DNA of 44,062 nucleotides from a virus (Duplodnaviria; Heunggongvirae; Uroviricota; Caudoviricetes): IMG/VR virus record IMGVR_UViG_2529292906_000019, positions 1 to 44,062 of that record; one strand, 5' to 3'. Shown piece by piece: positions 43,721 to 44,062 of this stretch (position 1 is its first letter; each line of letters starts with the position of its first letter). The notes under the pieces were generated by a model. It saw only the letters and a program-made list of their open reading frames with translations, ran no database searches and was not told where the DNA came from. The position numbers and the translations under genes were made by a program.

Positions 43721-44062
43721 TTAACAGAGTTTTTCAGCTCGTTCTATAAACGGTGCCAGACTCATTTTTTCGCCGGGATTGTTAGGATCATCAATCTGAA
43801 TCACCGAAATCGGCTGGGCTTTAGTCTTCCCACTGGCAACTTCCTTTTGTGCGATATCGTTTAAAGGATACTGCACGAGGGTACTTGGGTTGATGACATA
43901 CAAAGCATTACCCGGTCGGCAAGTCAGCATCACCTCTTCGCGATTAAACGCCCATTTGTCTTTACCCACTTCAAAACGGCTGACGGTAATCACCTGCGGT
44001 GCCGCCAGCGCCGCTGCAGAACTGGTGAGTAACAGAAACGCCAGAATACTTTTTTTCATCAT
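43721..44062 (-). CDS. yebY: periplasmic protein YebY (host gene)
   Basis: 113-aa product [24 protein letters not shown]... with a signal peptide; recognised as E. coli YebY; the ORF ends exactly at the window edge. Confidence 0.8.
   Translation of the reverse strand: MMKKSILAFLLLTSSAAALAAPQVITVSRFEVGKDKWAFNREEVMLTCRPGNALYVINPSTLVQYPLNDIAQKEVASGKTKAQPISVIQIDDPNNPGEKMSLAPFIERAEKLC

Noticed and set aside
1-44062. Insertion sequences, transposases or integron features
   Set aside because: No transposase-like ORF or terminal inverted repeats were found; the only recombinase is the phage tyrosine integrase adjacent to attR.

Overview
The window is an Enterobacteriaceae (E. coli-like) chromosomal segment, yebW-pphA on the left and sdsR-yebY on the right, interrupted by a ~42.4 kb integrated temperate prophage (about 1064..43485). 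The prophage sits at the 3' end of the sdsR (RyeB) sRNA gene and is flanked by imperfect ~30 bp direct repeats. It is a mosaic. Right to left from attR: lambda-type integrase and excisionase; a Rac-like recombination block (recE split by a frame change, recT-like); an immunity region with a divergent HTH repressor and a YdaS/YdaT-like pair sharing a 19 bp operator; lambda-type replication genes (O-like with ori iterons, DnaC-like helicase loader); a nin region with NinG; a putative Q antiterminator with pR'/tR'; a lysis cassette (two holin-like proteins, GH108-type endolysin, overlapping Rz/Rz1); terminase, portal, MuF-like and capsid genes; and a contractile-tail module with a P2/Mu-like baseplate, tail fiber and a short tail-fibre assembly gene. 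Accessory content is concentrated in a few places: an AT-rich, self-contained three-gene cassette with a MazF/PemK-like toxin and a DinJ/RelB-like antitoxin; a candidate type I toxin/antisense-like locus built around a 22 bp direct repeat; a membrane-anchored paralog of the MuF C-terminal domain coupled to a secreted protein inside the baseplate operon; two opposite-strand morons; and a membrane protein in the rex/sieB position. Three genes (tail fiber, a small DNA methyltransferase, recE) are each broken by what looks like a one-base deletion in a homopolymer run, so sequencing error is as likely as real decay. All protein identifications are from reading the translations and from memory of protein families; no database search or computation was run, and gene boundaries are approximate.
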